From the NCBI GenBank assembly GCA_947573605.1, contig CANPGM010000016.1, positions 2,205-66,204 of the forward strand: a stretch of 64,000 bases of DNA, in the 5' to 3' direction. This DNA comes from an uncultured Roseburia sp. GTDB taxonomy: Bacteria > Bacillota > Clostridia > Lachnospirales > Lachnospiraceae. The notes below the pieces were generated by a model. That model did no database searches. It worked only from the letters and a program-made list of their open reading frames with translations, and was not told the DNA's origin. Both the position numbers and the translations under genes were made by a program. Below are positions 29,210 through 38,584 of the stretch, piece after piece (within the stretch, counting starts at the first letter, position 1; each line of letters opens with the position of its first letter).

Positions 29210-29227
29210 TATGAACAATTATTCATA
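29210..29227. promoter_or_regulatory. ArsR/SmtB-type operator
   Basis: TATGAA-CAATTA-TTCATA inverted repeat (TGAA...TTCA core) just upstream of the HMA-arsR unit. Confidence 0.75.
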
Positions 29228-29337
29228 TGTTTGACTGTATTATATCACCTCAGGCGTATTTGTCAATCCTGTTTTTCTATTTGGACACAAGAATGGCACA
29301 GTCGCTCTTAAGACGACTATGCCGCTTTATCAGTTAC

Positions 29338-31152
29338 TTATATCTGAAACCGATGTGTTTCCTCATTTTGTCTGTCGCTTAATTCTACCAGCTTTTGCGT
29401 ATCGGTATAACACTCGTCAATCGAATCTGATACAAGCTGCATACCGGCGCTTGTTTGTTCCGCAGAAGCCGAGCTCTCCTCAACCACGCTCCCAAGATTC
29501 GATATAGAATCGGAAACGACAATTTTCAGTTCGTTTAGCACTTCGGTCTGTCTGCCGATTGTCTTTGCAACATCATCTACCGTATTTATTTCTGCATACA
29601 GATTTTCAAATGCAGTTTGTGTCTCCTGAAGCTGCCGCTGCTGTTCATTTACATTCGTAATCACTTCTTGCATCCGTTCTGAAGATACCACTGCATTCGT
29701 CGTAAGTTCTTTTACAACAGATTCGATTTCCGCCGCACTCCCTGCCGATTCCTCCGCAAGTTTGCGGATTTCTTCCGCGACAACTGCAAAGCCTTTTCCG
29801 GCCTCTCCTGCACGGGCGGATTCAATACTTGCGTTCAATGAAAGCAAATTTGTCTGGGACGCCATACTTTTAATGATTTCTACCATATTGTTAATATGGA
29901 CCGCGGATTCATTCGTCTGATTTGTCTGTTCCGAAACCACTTGTATTGCGCTGTTGGTAATCTCCGTAATTTCATATAAACGTTTAATACATTCTGAAGC
30001 GCCGTCCGAAAACTTCATCATTGTGCCTACGGACACGGATAACTTATCCATCTCGTTTTTCTCGACGTCGATGACATCGCCAAGCTCCTGTACCTTTACG
30101 CTGACTGTTTCCGTCTCGTCCGCCAGACTGGCGGCTCCTCGCGCCATTTCCATAACCGCCTGATTTGTATTGTTAATACTTTCTGTGATGTTTCCAAACT
30201 TATCGCTGAAATCCGTACTGCTTTCTTTTAACTGCGTACTTGCTTCTCCGATCTTGCCTATCATTCCTGCAAGCGACCGCTTTACCGCATCCATAGACTG
30301 CGCGATTCTGCCGACCTCATCCGATCGTTTTAAAAGCGCGGGATCGATTTCAAAAGAAAGGTCACCTTCCGATACCCGCTGCAGCGCCGCCGCGACTCTC
30401 TGAATCCCGCCTGCAAGCCGTCTTCCGAAAAGAATGGACATAATAGCCGCCAATGCAAACAAAATCAAAATAGATACTGCATAAGCCATCAGCATTCTGT
30501 AAAACTCCTGTCTGATTTCCGTTTTCTTTGTCTCTATTTCCGCATTCATATCATCTATGTAGTTACCGGTAGCAATCACCCAGTCCCACGGCTCAAATAT
30601 TTCGGAATAGGCAAGCTTAGGCGCAACCGTTACGCCGTCTGCTTTGGTAAAGTAAAACTCATTATACCCGCCGCCTGCTTCCGCTGCCGATACAATACTC
30701 TGAGTGATCTTTATGCCGTTTTGATCGGTCAGATCATAGCGGTTGGTTCCCTCCTGCTCCGTAAGAATCGGATGCATAACCAAATTATAATCGGCGCCGT
30801 CAATCCACAGATAGCCGGAATCATCGTCGCGATACCGCATACTTCGAATCGCTTCCTTTGCCATCGTCATGGCTTCTTCTTCTGTCATCAGACCGGCTTT
30901 AGAACGTTCGTAGTATGCTTCCACAATTTTAATTGCACCCTGTATTTCGGACTTGATTTCCGTCTTATACCCGTCGTACATTGCCTCTTCATATGTTTCC
31001 ATGTCTTCCTTCATAAATTTTTGCAGAAACGTAATGCCAAGCGCTCCAAAGACGACCGCCGTTACCGCTATCAGAGAAAGAATCATAGCCACCAGTACCG
31101 TTGCCAGACTCTTTGACCGCTTTTTACCGTATTCCCTGTTTTCATTCCCCAT
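29338..31152 (-). CDS. Methyl-accepting chemotaxis protein with Cache sensor
   Basis: GYLWID...MHP...DQNG...KLAYS...WDWVIATG Cache domain; [31 protein letters not shown]. Confidence 0.93.
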   Translation of the reverse strand: MGNENREYGKKRSKSLATVLVAMILSLIAVTAVVFGALGITFLQKFMKEDMETYEEAMYDGYKTEIKSEIQGAIKIVEAYYERSKAGLMTEEEAMTMAKEAIRSMRYRDDDSGYLWIDGADYNLVMHPILTEQEGTNRYDLTDQNGIKITQSIVSAAEAGGGYNEFYFTKADGVTVAPKLAYSEIFEPWDWVIATGNYIDDMNAEIETKKTEIRQEFYRMLMAYAVSILILFALAAIMSILFGRRLAGGIQRVAAALQRVSEGDLSFEIDPALLKRSDEVGRIAQSMDAVKRSLAGMIGKIGEASTQLKESSTDFSDKFGNITESINNTNQAVMEMARGAASLADETETVSVKVQELGDVIDVEKNEMDKLSVSVGTMMKFSDGASECIKRLYEITEITNSAIQVVSEQTNQTNESAVHINNMVEIIKSMASQTNLLSLNASIESARAGEAGKGFAVVAEEIRKLAEESAGSAAEIESVVKELTTNAVVSSERMQEVITNVNEQQRQLQETQTAFENLYAEINTVDDVAKTIGRQTEVLNELKIVVSDSISNLGSVVEESSASAEQTSAGMQLVSDSIDECYTDTQKLVELSDRQNEETHRFQI

Positions 31153-31763
31153 TATAATACCTTCTCTTTCACTTCTTTTTCCTGTTCAGACTGCAGATCT
31201 TCCTGCATTTTCTCCATAACGGCAATTCCTTTATACGTTTCTTCCACGTCCTCCTCCGGTCTCCACGCCCGCCCGAATTTTACATCCTTAAACAGCGCCG
31301 CCAGTCCGGTTATTTGCTTTAAACGCAGTATTTCATCCCGATCCATGCCCAGATGTTTGGCAATCCAGGAATCCGATCGTCCCATTTCATGGAGTTCTCT
31401 TACGATATTGCTCATCAAATCGACATCATGGCTTCCCCTTGCCCGGTTATGCCGGATGGTACTTGCCATACGCTGGTCAATCGGCTTTTTTATCACGGAA
31501 ACCGGCAGCAGACCGTTTTCTCTTTCATAGATATCCCGATGTTCTAACATAATCCGATAGCGATGGAACCCGTCGACAATCACATAAATATCTTTTGCGC
31601 TGCTGTAGCAGCAGACAATCGGCATTGTATATCCGTCCGCCTTGATACTTTCGTAAAGCAGTTTCATTTCGGGCGGCGCCACCGAATTTGGATTATAGGT
31701 ATTCGGCTTTACTTTCTCAATCGGAACCGCTATCACTTCATATACCGGGCTTTTATACTCCAT
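31152..31763 (-). CDS. ibrB: IbrB-like ParB/sulfiredoxin-fold protein
   Basis: PNTYNPN...DGYTMPIV...IVDGFHRY...[12 protein letters not shown]; follows the IbrA-like gene with overlap. Confidence 0.8.
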   Translation of the reverse strand: MEYKSPVYEVIAVPIEKVKPNTYNPNSVAPPEMKLLYESIKADGYTMPIVCCYSSAKDIYVIVDGFHRYRIMLEHRDIYERENGLLPVSVIKKPIDQRMASTIRHNRARGSHDVDLMSNIVRELHEMGRSDSWIAKHLGMDRDEILRLKQITGLAALFKDVKFGRAWRPEEDVEETYKGIAVMEKMQEDLQSEQEKEVKEKVL

Positions 31764-33084
31764 ATTCCATTTCCTCCACAACCTTATATTTGCGCTCAAG
31801 CACATCGATACGTTTTTTCTGCTCCCTCGTTATGCCGAATCCCATAAAACGGCAGATATGGTCATTTTTTAATATACAGTAGCACATCCGCTTCCAGCTC
31901 GGTATATCCTTGCACGTTTTGATATCGTCCGTATTGTCCGGAATATTTCCGATAAAAATCACCCGTGTCTTTTGACTTCTGGTATAATTGGATACGCCGT
32001 TCCGGCGAATCTGATAGCCGTGTTCCTCCAGTTCCCTGATCGTGTCCTCGTTCAGACCTCCTCCGGTTTTATGCCAGAATTCAATTGAAGTATTAAACTT
32101 TTTCGCATAATTATTTCGGAGTCTTGCAGGCAGAGTATCCAGCAGAAACATCGTATACGACTTCCAGGTATAGCCTTCGGGCAGCGTTATGTTCCGATAC
32201 CCCATCGCCTTCGTCCTGCCGTAAATGCTCGCAAAGTTGGCGCCCTGCACCCTTCCCACCAGCTTTACCCAGATCTCGGGATCGATGACGCGGTACAGAT
32301 TGAGCGCATCCCTCGAATAATCGTTGAACGGAGATGCCACCCGCATTTGAGAAATCTTTAAACCCGCTTTGTAATAAAGGTCATAAAGACGATTATAATC
32401 GTATCCGAACTCGTAATTGGCATGCCAGACATCCCGTGAAGTCCAGTCATACATTGGAGACGCGCACCAGACATCTTTAAATTCCTTGCTGATCCAACAG
32501 AGTCCGTTATAGCCGTATTTTCTGTTTAAAAAACCGTTATAACGCTGCAGGGACTCGTCCGCCCGCATACCAAGCAGGCAAACCGTCTTTTTTTTGCCGT
32601 GCGACAGACGGTACCAGCGTCCGAACTGCCTCGCAAGATCTTCCTGATGCATACGATAACGATATGTACTGATCGGGTTATTTTCCATGTTTATCACATA
32701 TTCCTTGTCCGGCATTTCTCTGACCCAGACTTCCTTCTTTGTATCGTCCCACGGATACCAGTACATTTCATAGTTGCCAAGCGCCGTCCTTGTCGCCATC
32801 GGAAGACATACCCAGTATGATTCTACCTCATCTTTAATCCTTTCAAACGTTCGTTCGATATACTCCGACGTTACCGTATACTGCGCTTCAAAATCCTGAT
32901 GGAACACACCGACGTTCCGTTGCGGATAATACTTTTTTCGAAAATCCAATACCATATTTAAAAGCAAGCCGCTGTCTTTCCCGCCGGAAAATGAGACATA
33001 GACATTGTCAAACTCTTCAAAAAGATATTTCATCCGCATTAAAAAAGCATCATATACGTTTTCTTCCAATAGCCTTTTTTTCAA
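31753..33084 (-). CDS. ibrA: IbrA-like PAPS-reductase/PP-loop protein (DUF3440)
   Basis: VSFSGGKDSG PP-loop, LGMRADESLQR, SPMYDW, MRVASPF, PSWKRMCYCILKND; TTG start 33084 behind GGAGG. Confidence 0.82.
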   Translation of the reverse strand: MKKRLLEENVYDAFLMRMKYLFEEFDNVYVSFSGGKDSGLLLNMVLDFRKKYYPQRNVGVFHQDFEAQYTVTSEYIERTFERIKDEVESYWVCLPMATRTALGNYEMYWYPWDDTKKEVWVREMPDKEYVINMENNPISTYRYRMHQEDLARQFGRWYRLSHGKKKTVCLLGMRADESLQRYNGFLNRKYGYNGLCWISKEFKDVWCASPMYDWTSRDVWHANYEFGYDYNRLYDLYYKAGLKISQMRVASPFNDYSRDALNLYRVIDPEIWVKLVGRVQGANFASIYGRTKAMGYRNITLPEGYTWKSYTMFLLDTLPARLRNNYAKKFNTSIEFWHKTGGGLNEDTIRELEEHGYQIRRNGVSNYTRSQKTRVIFIGNIPDNTDDIKTCKDIPSWKRMCYCILKNDHICRFMGFGITREQKKRIDVLERKYKVVEEMEYGV

Positions 33085-33110
33085 ATTACACTCCCTCCTG
33101 CTTCCATAAT

Positions 33111-33176
33111 TTACCAATTTTGGAAGAAATTGGTAATCTTCTCTATTAATTTACCATATCAAAGAACTAAATTCAA
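33111..33176 (-). promoter_or_regulatory. Promoter and operator of the ibrAB-like operon
   Basis: TTGAAT(33176)-17-TAAATT(33153); perfect TTACCAATTT-N6-AAATTGGTAA inverted repeat at 33111-33136. Confidence 0.6.
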
Positions 33177-33180
33177 CAAA

Positions 33181-33228
33181 ATACGACAAAAGCGCTTATG
33201 TCTGTAGGCATAAGCGCTTTTGTCGTAT
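33181..33228. terminator. Hairpin after the rsiV-like gene
   Basis: Perfect 20-bp inverted repeat ATACGACAAAAGCGCTTATG / CATAAGCGCTTTTGTCGTAT. Confidence 0.75.
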
Positions 33229-33241
33229 AATACAATCTCTT

Positions 33242-34132
33242 CTATTTTCTAATGTCTGTCAGAACTTCCGGTGCAATGACAAACTCTACGCATCCCATAT
33301 ACATAGGCGCCACATCTCCTTCATTAAAACAGATCACAATGTTTCCGTCCTCATTGACATAGAATGACGTTTCGTCCGTTATAGCCGTAAAGCTCCATTC
33401 CGGAACCTTTTCATAATCGAGCCAGTAAAAAGCATTCTCATCCTGCGCCATTCGTTCCGCCATTTGCAGTTTAATGTTTTCACTGATTGCCCCAATGTAA
33501 TCGGCGCCGTCTGAAAACAGTTCTTTTAACGCAATACGTTCCCCCGTGTTCAAATCAATTGTATAAAAAAAATCCCATTCGGCGCCGCTTCCCGCTCCCT
33601 GATAGCAAATCAGCTTAAGCGTAAAATATTGATCCGTTGTTTGAAGAAGCTCTGTCTTCACCACAATGTCCTGGCGCCCCTGTTCCTGTTCGAGATTTTT
33701 ATTGAACTCGTTCACTATTTCATCCGTGATTCTTTCAATCTCCGCGTTGATTTCTTCTGCGGAGGTTTCAAGGCTTTCTTTTTGCTGCATATCCGTTTCC
33801 GATACCGCTATTTTATCGACGGCAATTTCTGCCCGGTTTCGTTCGTCCTCATAACGGAAACTCTGAAACGATACGGTATTTACAAGATTTCCGACAAAAG
33901 GCACGCCATCCATTGCATATGCGGCGTCCGGCCATACATTCGGCATAAGCATTACCGTTACTGCAGCGGCTGCGGCAGCGGCAGCCGCTTTCCACTTATA
34001 CGTTCTCTTCCTCTTCACCCTTTTAGCCTGTTCCATTTTTTCCTTCATCGCCTCAAACTGTTCCTCCGTCATAAACTTCTGTCTGTACTCCTGTCTGCTC
34101 CATTCGATATCCTGCCTGCGAATTTCTCCCAT
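33242..34132 (-). CDS. RsiV-like anti-sigma factor (DUF4163/DUF3298)
   Basis: Short N-terminus, TM AAAAVTVMLMPN, YTIDLNTG, FYVNEDGNIVICFNEGDVAPMYMG. Confidence 0.85.
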   Translation of the reverse strand: MGEIRRQDIEWSRQEYRQKFMTEEQFEAMKEKMEQAKRVKRKRTYKWKAAAAAAAAAVTVMLMPNVWPDAAYAMDGVPFVGNLVNTVSFQSFRYEDERNRAEIAVDKIAVSETDMQQKESLETSAEEINAEIERITDEIVNEFNKNLEQEQGRQDIVVKTELLQTTDQYFTLKLICYQGAGSGAEWDFFYTIDLNTGERIALKELFSDGADYIGAISENIKLQMAERMAQDENAFYWLDYEKVPEWSFTAITDETSFYVNEDGNIVICFNEGDVAPMYMGCVEFVIAPEVLTDIRK

Positions 34133-34658
34133 TCCGATCCCCTCTTTCCTGCCATATTTTTCTTCCGGTGCCATCGTCTTCCAGCTTCAGTCTCAATTTT
34201 CGAAGTCCGCGGTAAAGCCTGCTTTTTACGGTGTTCCTGTTTTCGTTTAAGATTTCCGCAATTTCCTCCAGCTTCATTTCTTCAAAAAAGCGAAGTTCGA
34301 TCACAGCCTTATCTTCTTTTGTAAGAGTTTCAAGCGCCGCCATTAAATCCGTATCCGTATAACTGTCTTCCGTTTCCATTTCAACGCATACCTCTTCAAA
34401 TGAAACCGTTACGCGTTTTTCAAAAGAACGAAAAATTTCGTTTAACATAATCCGGTAAATCCAGGTGGCCGCAAATTCCTGTTTCCGAAGCGAACCGCTG
34501 TTTAAAATCGCCTTATACGCTCCGTTCTGCACAATATCACTTGCATCCGCATCGTTGTGGACATAACTGTATGCGAGCCGATAATACCGGTTATAATTTT
34601 CGAGTAAAATCCGTTCCACCGTTTCTTCTTTTGTTTCTTTCTGAGAAAAACCAATCAA
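34053..34658 (-). CDS. ECF sigma factor (SigV-like)
   Basis: YYRLAYSYVHNDADASDIVQ (region 2), LRFFEEMKLEEIAEIL...TVKSRLYRG (region 4); paired with RsiV-like gene. Confidence 0.88.
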   Translation of the reverse strand: MIGFSQKETKEETVERILLENYNRYYRLAYSYVHNDADASDIVQNGAYKAILNSGSLRKQEFAATWIYRIMLNEIFRSFEKRVTVSFEEVCVEMETEDSYTDTDLMAALETLTKEDKAVIELRFFEEMKLEEIAEILNENRNTVKSRLYRGLRKLRLKLEDDGTGRKIWQERGDRNGRNSQAGYRMEQTGVQTEVYDGGTV

Positions 34659-34688
34659 AATTCTCACCTCCCCGTCGTTTCTGATAAT

Positions 34689-34717
34689 TAGACAATGCGC
34701 GGATCCAAAAAGTTTCA
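34689..34717 (-). promoter_or_regulatory. Autoregulatory ECF promoter
   Basis: Minus strand TGAAAC-N17-TGTCTA, close to the Bacillus SigV/W/X TGAAAC-N16-CGTC consensus. Confidence 0.6.
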
Positions 34718-34832
34718 CTCCGGGAAAAATTTTTTCCTTTTCAATATCATTTGATTTTTCACAGATTTTATGAAAGACGTCCGATCCTGACGTTTTGTAT
34801 ATGCCTGACCATGCAGTTTTACATTAAAGTGA

Positions 34833-34866
34833 AAAAGAGATTCGCCCTGTCGGCCGAATCTCTTTT
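34833..34866 (-). terminator. Probable terminator after the PFK gene
   Basis: AAAAGAGATTCG-N10-CGAATCTCTTTT inverted repeat. Confidence 0.6.
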
Positions 34867-34959
34867 CATCATAAAATTCTGTTTCGTATTGCAAGAATCT
34901 CTCCCCTCTCCTTTCGGAACGTGTATGCCCTTGTCAAGAGAGGGTAATATAAGCAAAAA

Positions 34960-36189
34960 CTAATTCATATCAACTACAATATGACGCGGCTGACCCGTAA
35001 TCATAATCGGAGTAAGTTCCGCCTGAATCAGCGGTCTGGTATAATTTACAAAATCCTGTGTGACATTGGTACCGTCTTCTGTAATCCACTCCATCGGAAC
35101 TTTTTTTTCGATATTTGCAATTTTGTGAACGTCATATAAATCTGTTGTACAAATATACGGGTCGTCGGAATCGCGCTTTAAAATTACCATCTTTCCGGTA
35201 TCTCCGGCAAAAGCAGCTTTTACGGCAGAACCGCCAACCTGATATGCCTCGGTAATATCCACTCGGGACGTCAGATGTCCGGCGCATCTTTGCAGCGTAG
35301 AAAGTTCAACCGTTCGCGACTTGCAACCAAATTTTTCGCTTACGAGCGTAGCAAGATATCTTGCCGTACCGCTTAACTGCTTATGTCCGAACGAATCCAC
35401 ATATTCGGTATGGTTTGTCAGCTCAAATACGTATTCGCCTTCCGCTGTCTTAATACCTTCGGATACGGCTACCACTACGGAATTCTTCTTTTCCAGAAGC
35501 GCTCCGACCTTCTCTACAAAGGAATCTACGTCAAATGGAAGCTCCGGCAGATAGATCATATCCACGCCTTCGCAGTCCTCACATTTTGCAAGCGCAGCCG
35601 CGCCGGTAAGCCAGCCCGCATTACGTCCCATAATTTCAATGACCGTTACGTTCTTAATATCATAAACTAGTCCGTCGCGGATTACTTCCTTTGTCACGGA
35701 AGCAATGTACTTAGCCGCGCTGCCAAAGCCCGGCGTATGGTCGGTAACGGCAAGATCGTTGTCAATCGTTTTCGGAACGCCCATAAAGCGGATCGGACTG
35801 TTAATTACAATTGCATAATCCGAGAGCTTCTTGATCGTATCCATCGAGTCGTTTCCGCCGATATAAAAAAACGCCGTAATTTCGTATTCATTTAAAATTT
35901 CAAATATTTTGTCGTAGAGCTCTTTGTTGTCGTTGATCTCCGGCAGCTTATAGCGGCAGGAACCTAAAAATGCAGACGGCGTTCTCTTTAACAGCTCCAG
36001 ATCAAGGTCTGTCCGAATTTTCTCGCTCATATCTACGATTTTCTTCTCCAAAAATCCCTGAATCCCGTGTCTCATACCGTATACCTTATCGGCTCCGAGA
36101 TCCTTTGCCGTCTTAAATACGCCTGCAAGGCTGGAATTAATAACGGCGGTCGGTCCGCCCGACTGTCCTACAATTACATTCTTTGCCAT
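34960..36189 (-). CDS. pfp: 6-phosphofructokinase, PPi-dependent type
   Basis: GQSGGPTAVIN, GGNDS, PKTIDND, EIMGRNAGW; Asp/Lys at the phosphoryl-donor determinants. Confidence 0.85.
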   Translation of the reverse strand: MAKNVIVGQSGGPTAVINSSLAGVFKTAKDLGADKVYGMRHGIQGFLEKKIVDMSEKIRTDLDLELLKRTPSAFLGSCRYKLPEINDNKELYDKIFEILNEYEITAFFYIGGNDSMDTIKKLSDYAIVINSPIRFMGVPKTIDNDLAVTDHTPGFGSAAKYIASVTKEVIRDGLVYDIKNVTVIEIMGRNAGWLTGAAALAKCEDCEGVDMIYLPELPFDVDSFVEKVGALLEKKNSVVVAVSEGIKTAEGEYVFELTNHTEYVDSFGHKQLSGTARYLATLVSEKFGCKSRTVELSTLQRCAGHLTSRVDITEAYQVGGSAVKAAFAGDTGKMVILKRDSDDPYICTTDLYDVHKIANIEKKVPMEWITEDGTNVTQDFVNYTRPLIQAELTPIMITGQPRHIVVDMN

Positions 36190-36289
36190 ATGTACCTCCA
36201 ATACGTTAATTTTAAATACCCTTTATTCATATTAACATAAATTGGCAGACAGCACAACAAATGATAAAAAATAGACAATCTTTAAGTTC

Positions 36290-38038
36290 TTATATCTGTC
36301 TGTCTTCAAACAGCTTTTTCACCGCATCCTCCGATACAACGTCTTCCGTCTCTTCATTTTCTTTTCCGCTTTCTATCTTTTCCGTTCCGCTCCGTTCTTC
36401 CTCGTCAAGGACTTCTTCAAATTTATTTTCTGCACAACGCTTTAAAAAGTCCAGCAATAAATCTTTCCAACGCGCGGCATTACCATCCTTTAACGCCATT
36501 TCTTCCGTAGTTCCGTTTCGAACCGCCTCAATCCAGTTTCTCTTTTTTGTAAGAAAATCATCCAGCGTATCCGCTGTATATCCATCCTCATAATAACCTG
36601 CGGTATAATCGATCAGATTTCGGTAGATCCTGCCTGCTTCGACATCTCCCTGCGCCTGTGCATGACTGCATAATGCAAACATTTCAATCTGCGTCGCATT
36701 TTGTGGATCAATTTTATTGACTGCAACGGTCTGTTTCTCCTCGTAAGAGTCCGTCACCGGATTATAGACGCTGACCAGAATAATCGGATTTTCCTGTGTG
36801 GAATTATCCGCATATCTGGCATGCATCAGATATGTATGATTACCTGCCCCAATCGATTCAAAACCAATCACGCCGCTTTGCGTTCTTCCCTCCATGCGAT
36901 AAATCTGACCAAAGCCTGCTAAATTGGCGGCATATTCGCTCTTTCCGGTCATATCGTCGCTAATATTGAGCAAATCGTTGCAGATAATTGCCGTTTCTCT
37001 GCAGCCGACCATCTCGCCCCTGTCAAACTGACTGTCACGGAACTTTCGCAGAACGCCTAAATATCCTTCTATTTTTTCCGGTGAAAAAACGGCTTCGCTG
37101 CCGTCTTCGAGATTTTCGTCCGCACCGGCCTTATAAAAAATACCAAGCAGCTTAATCCCCTCCTGGAATTGTATTTCACCCCCGTTTTTCCTTCCGTGTT
37201 CCTCCATCGTTTTCTCTACGGCTTTCACCCAGTCTTTTTTTCCGCCCACAAGATTTTCAATTGCGTAACTGTCAATGCCGTTTATATTCATACCGGGCGC
37301 GTTCTTTACAAAGTCCTTCAGCATTTGAAAAGAATTTTCCTTTCCAAAGCTCCATCCTGCCGCGTCGGCATAACTGCACAAAGCAAACATTTCTACCGCT
37401 GTTGCGTTTCTCGTATCTACATCGTTGACATGTACCTGATAGGAAACCTGCTTTCCGTCCTGTTCCGCAGTGACTAAAATGACCGGATCCGCCTCTGTGG
37501 AATTTTCTGCATATTTCGCCGTCATGACGCAGGTTGTGTCTGAATCCGCAGATTTTAATTCTATTTTTCCAAGCAGACTGTTTTCCATGATTCCCTGCTT
37601 TTGTTCCGATCCTGCGGCTCCCTCTTCGTTTGCCGTACGTCCCTTATAAATATTATAAAGAAACCCCGGCATTATTTCCGATACATACATTTCTTTTTCT
37701 TCTCCCTTCTTTTCCCATGCTTCCATTGCAATCCGCTCAATCGGATCTTTTGTGTCCTTCTGAACGTTCATCGGATTGATGCGGCAGCTTTTTATGGTTC
37801 CGTCCTCTGACTTTTGTTCCACATAAACCTGTCTGCCTTCCACTTTTGCCTTAAGCGTATACCCGTTTGCGGCACAGATTTTTATACGGTCGCACTCTTT
37901 GAAAGACAGATTTCGTACACTTTCCTCTTTTTCTGTTTCCGTTTCACAGTAAAACGCTCCGAGCACTTTCCGGCTGTCCCTGCGGCCCTTATTTACTTTG
38001 TTATAATAAGACGATCGATCCACTCCAAAGGTCTTCAT
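36290..38038 (-). CDS. Soluble uncharacterised protein with internally repeated domain
   Basis: Two clear copies AxYAxNSTxxxPxILV...VNxxDxxNATxxEMFALCS plus a diverged N-terminal copy; no TM or signal peptide. Confidence 0.75.
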   Translation of the reverse strand: MKTFGVDRSSYYNKVNKGRRDSRKVLGAFYCETETEKEESVRNLSFKECDRIKICAANGYTLKAKVEGRQVYVEQKSEDGTIKSCRINPMNVQKDTKDPIERIAMEAWEKKGEEKEMYVSEIMPGFLYNIYKGRTANEEGAAGSEQKQGIMENSLLGKIELKSADSDTTCVMTAKYAENSTEADPVILVTAEQDGKQVSYQVHVNDVDTRNATAVEMFALCSYADAAGWSFGKENSFQMLKDFVKNAPGMNINGIDSYAIENLVGGKKDWVKAVEKTMEEHGRKNGGEIQFQEGIKLLGIFYKAGADENLEDGSEAVFSPEKIEGYLGVLRKFRDSQFDRGEMVGCRETAIICNDLLNISDDMTGKSEYAANLAGFGQIYRMEGRTQSGVIGFESIGAGNHTYLMHARYADNSTQENPIILVSVYNPVTDSYEEKQTVAVNKIDPQNATQIEMFALCSHAQAQGDVEAGRIYRNLIDYTAGYYEDGYTADTLDDFLTKKRNWIEAVRNGTTEEMALKDGNAARWKDLLLDFLKRCAENKFEEVLDEEERSGTEKIESGKENEETEDVVSEDAVKKLFEDRQI

Positions 38039-38529
38039 TGCCCCGCCTCCTTCAAAATCTTTTTTAATGCCTCTCTGCCGCGCCGCAAATTGCTTTTTAC
38101 CGTGTTTTCCGGCTGTTTTAAAATCTCCGCTACCTCTTTCACCGCATAATCTTCATAATAAAACAGATACATACAATTCCTGTAATTTTCCGGCAGCTCC
38201 AACACCGCCCATAACGTATCGTCTTCTTCGATATACGGAACCTGAAAATATGCTTTTTCCTGCTCCGGCACTTTTTCCATACCGACAGTCACGCTCTGCC
38301 ATTTATTTTTACACATATCCCTGCAGAGATTTACCGTCGTCCGAATCATCCATGCTCTTTCGTGTTCCTCACTGAGAAACCCTGGCTCCGCCCGCATCAA
38401 ACGCATAAAAACCTCCTGCGCAATATCCTCTGCGTCGGCATGTCTTTTTACATTTGTAAATGCAATGCGATAGCAAAGTGCATAATATTCTTTAAAATAA
38501 TGTTCAATCCGATTTGTCCCATAGTTCAT
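38035..38529 (-). CDS. ECF sigma factor
   Basis: CYRIAFTNVKRHADAEDIAQEVF, AWMIRTTVN, LFYYEDYAVKEVAEIL...TVKSNLRRG. Confidence 0.9.
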   Translation of the reverse strand: MNYGTNRIEHYFKEYYALCYRIAFTNVKRHADAEDIAQEVFMRLMRAEPGFLSEEHERAWMIRTTVNLCRDMCKNKWQSVTVGMEKVPEQEKAYFQVPYIEEDDTLWAVLELPENYRNCMYLFYYEDYAVKEVAEILKQPENTVKSNLRRGREALKKILKEAGQ

Positions 38530-38584
38530 TTTTATACCCGCTACAGCGTCGTTTGTCTATCTGCACTCAGCCTTTTCTCATTCT

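Noticed and set aside
33958-33990. GCN trinucleotide run
   Set aside because: It encodes the poly-Ala start of the RsiV TM/signal segment with mixed codons; not a true microsatellite.
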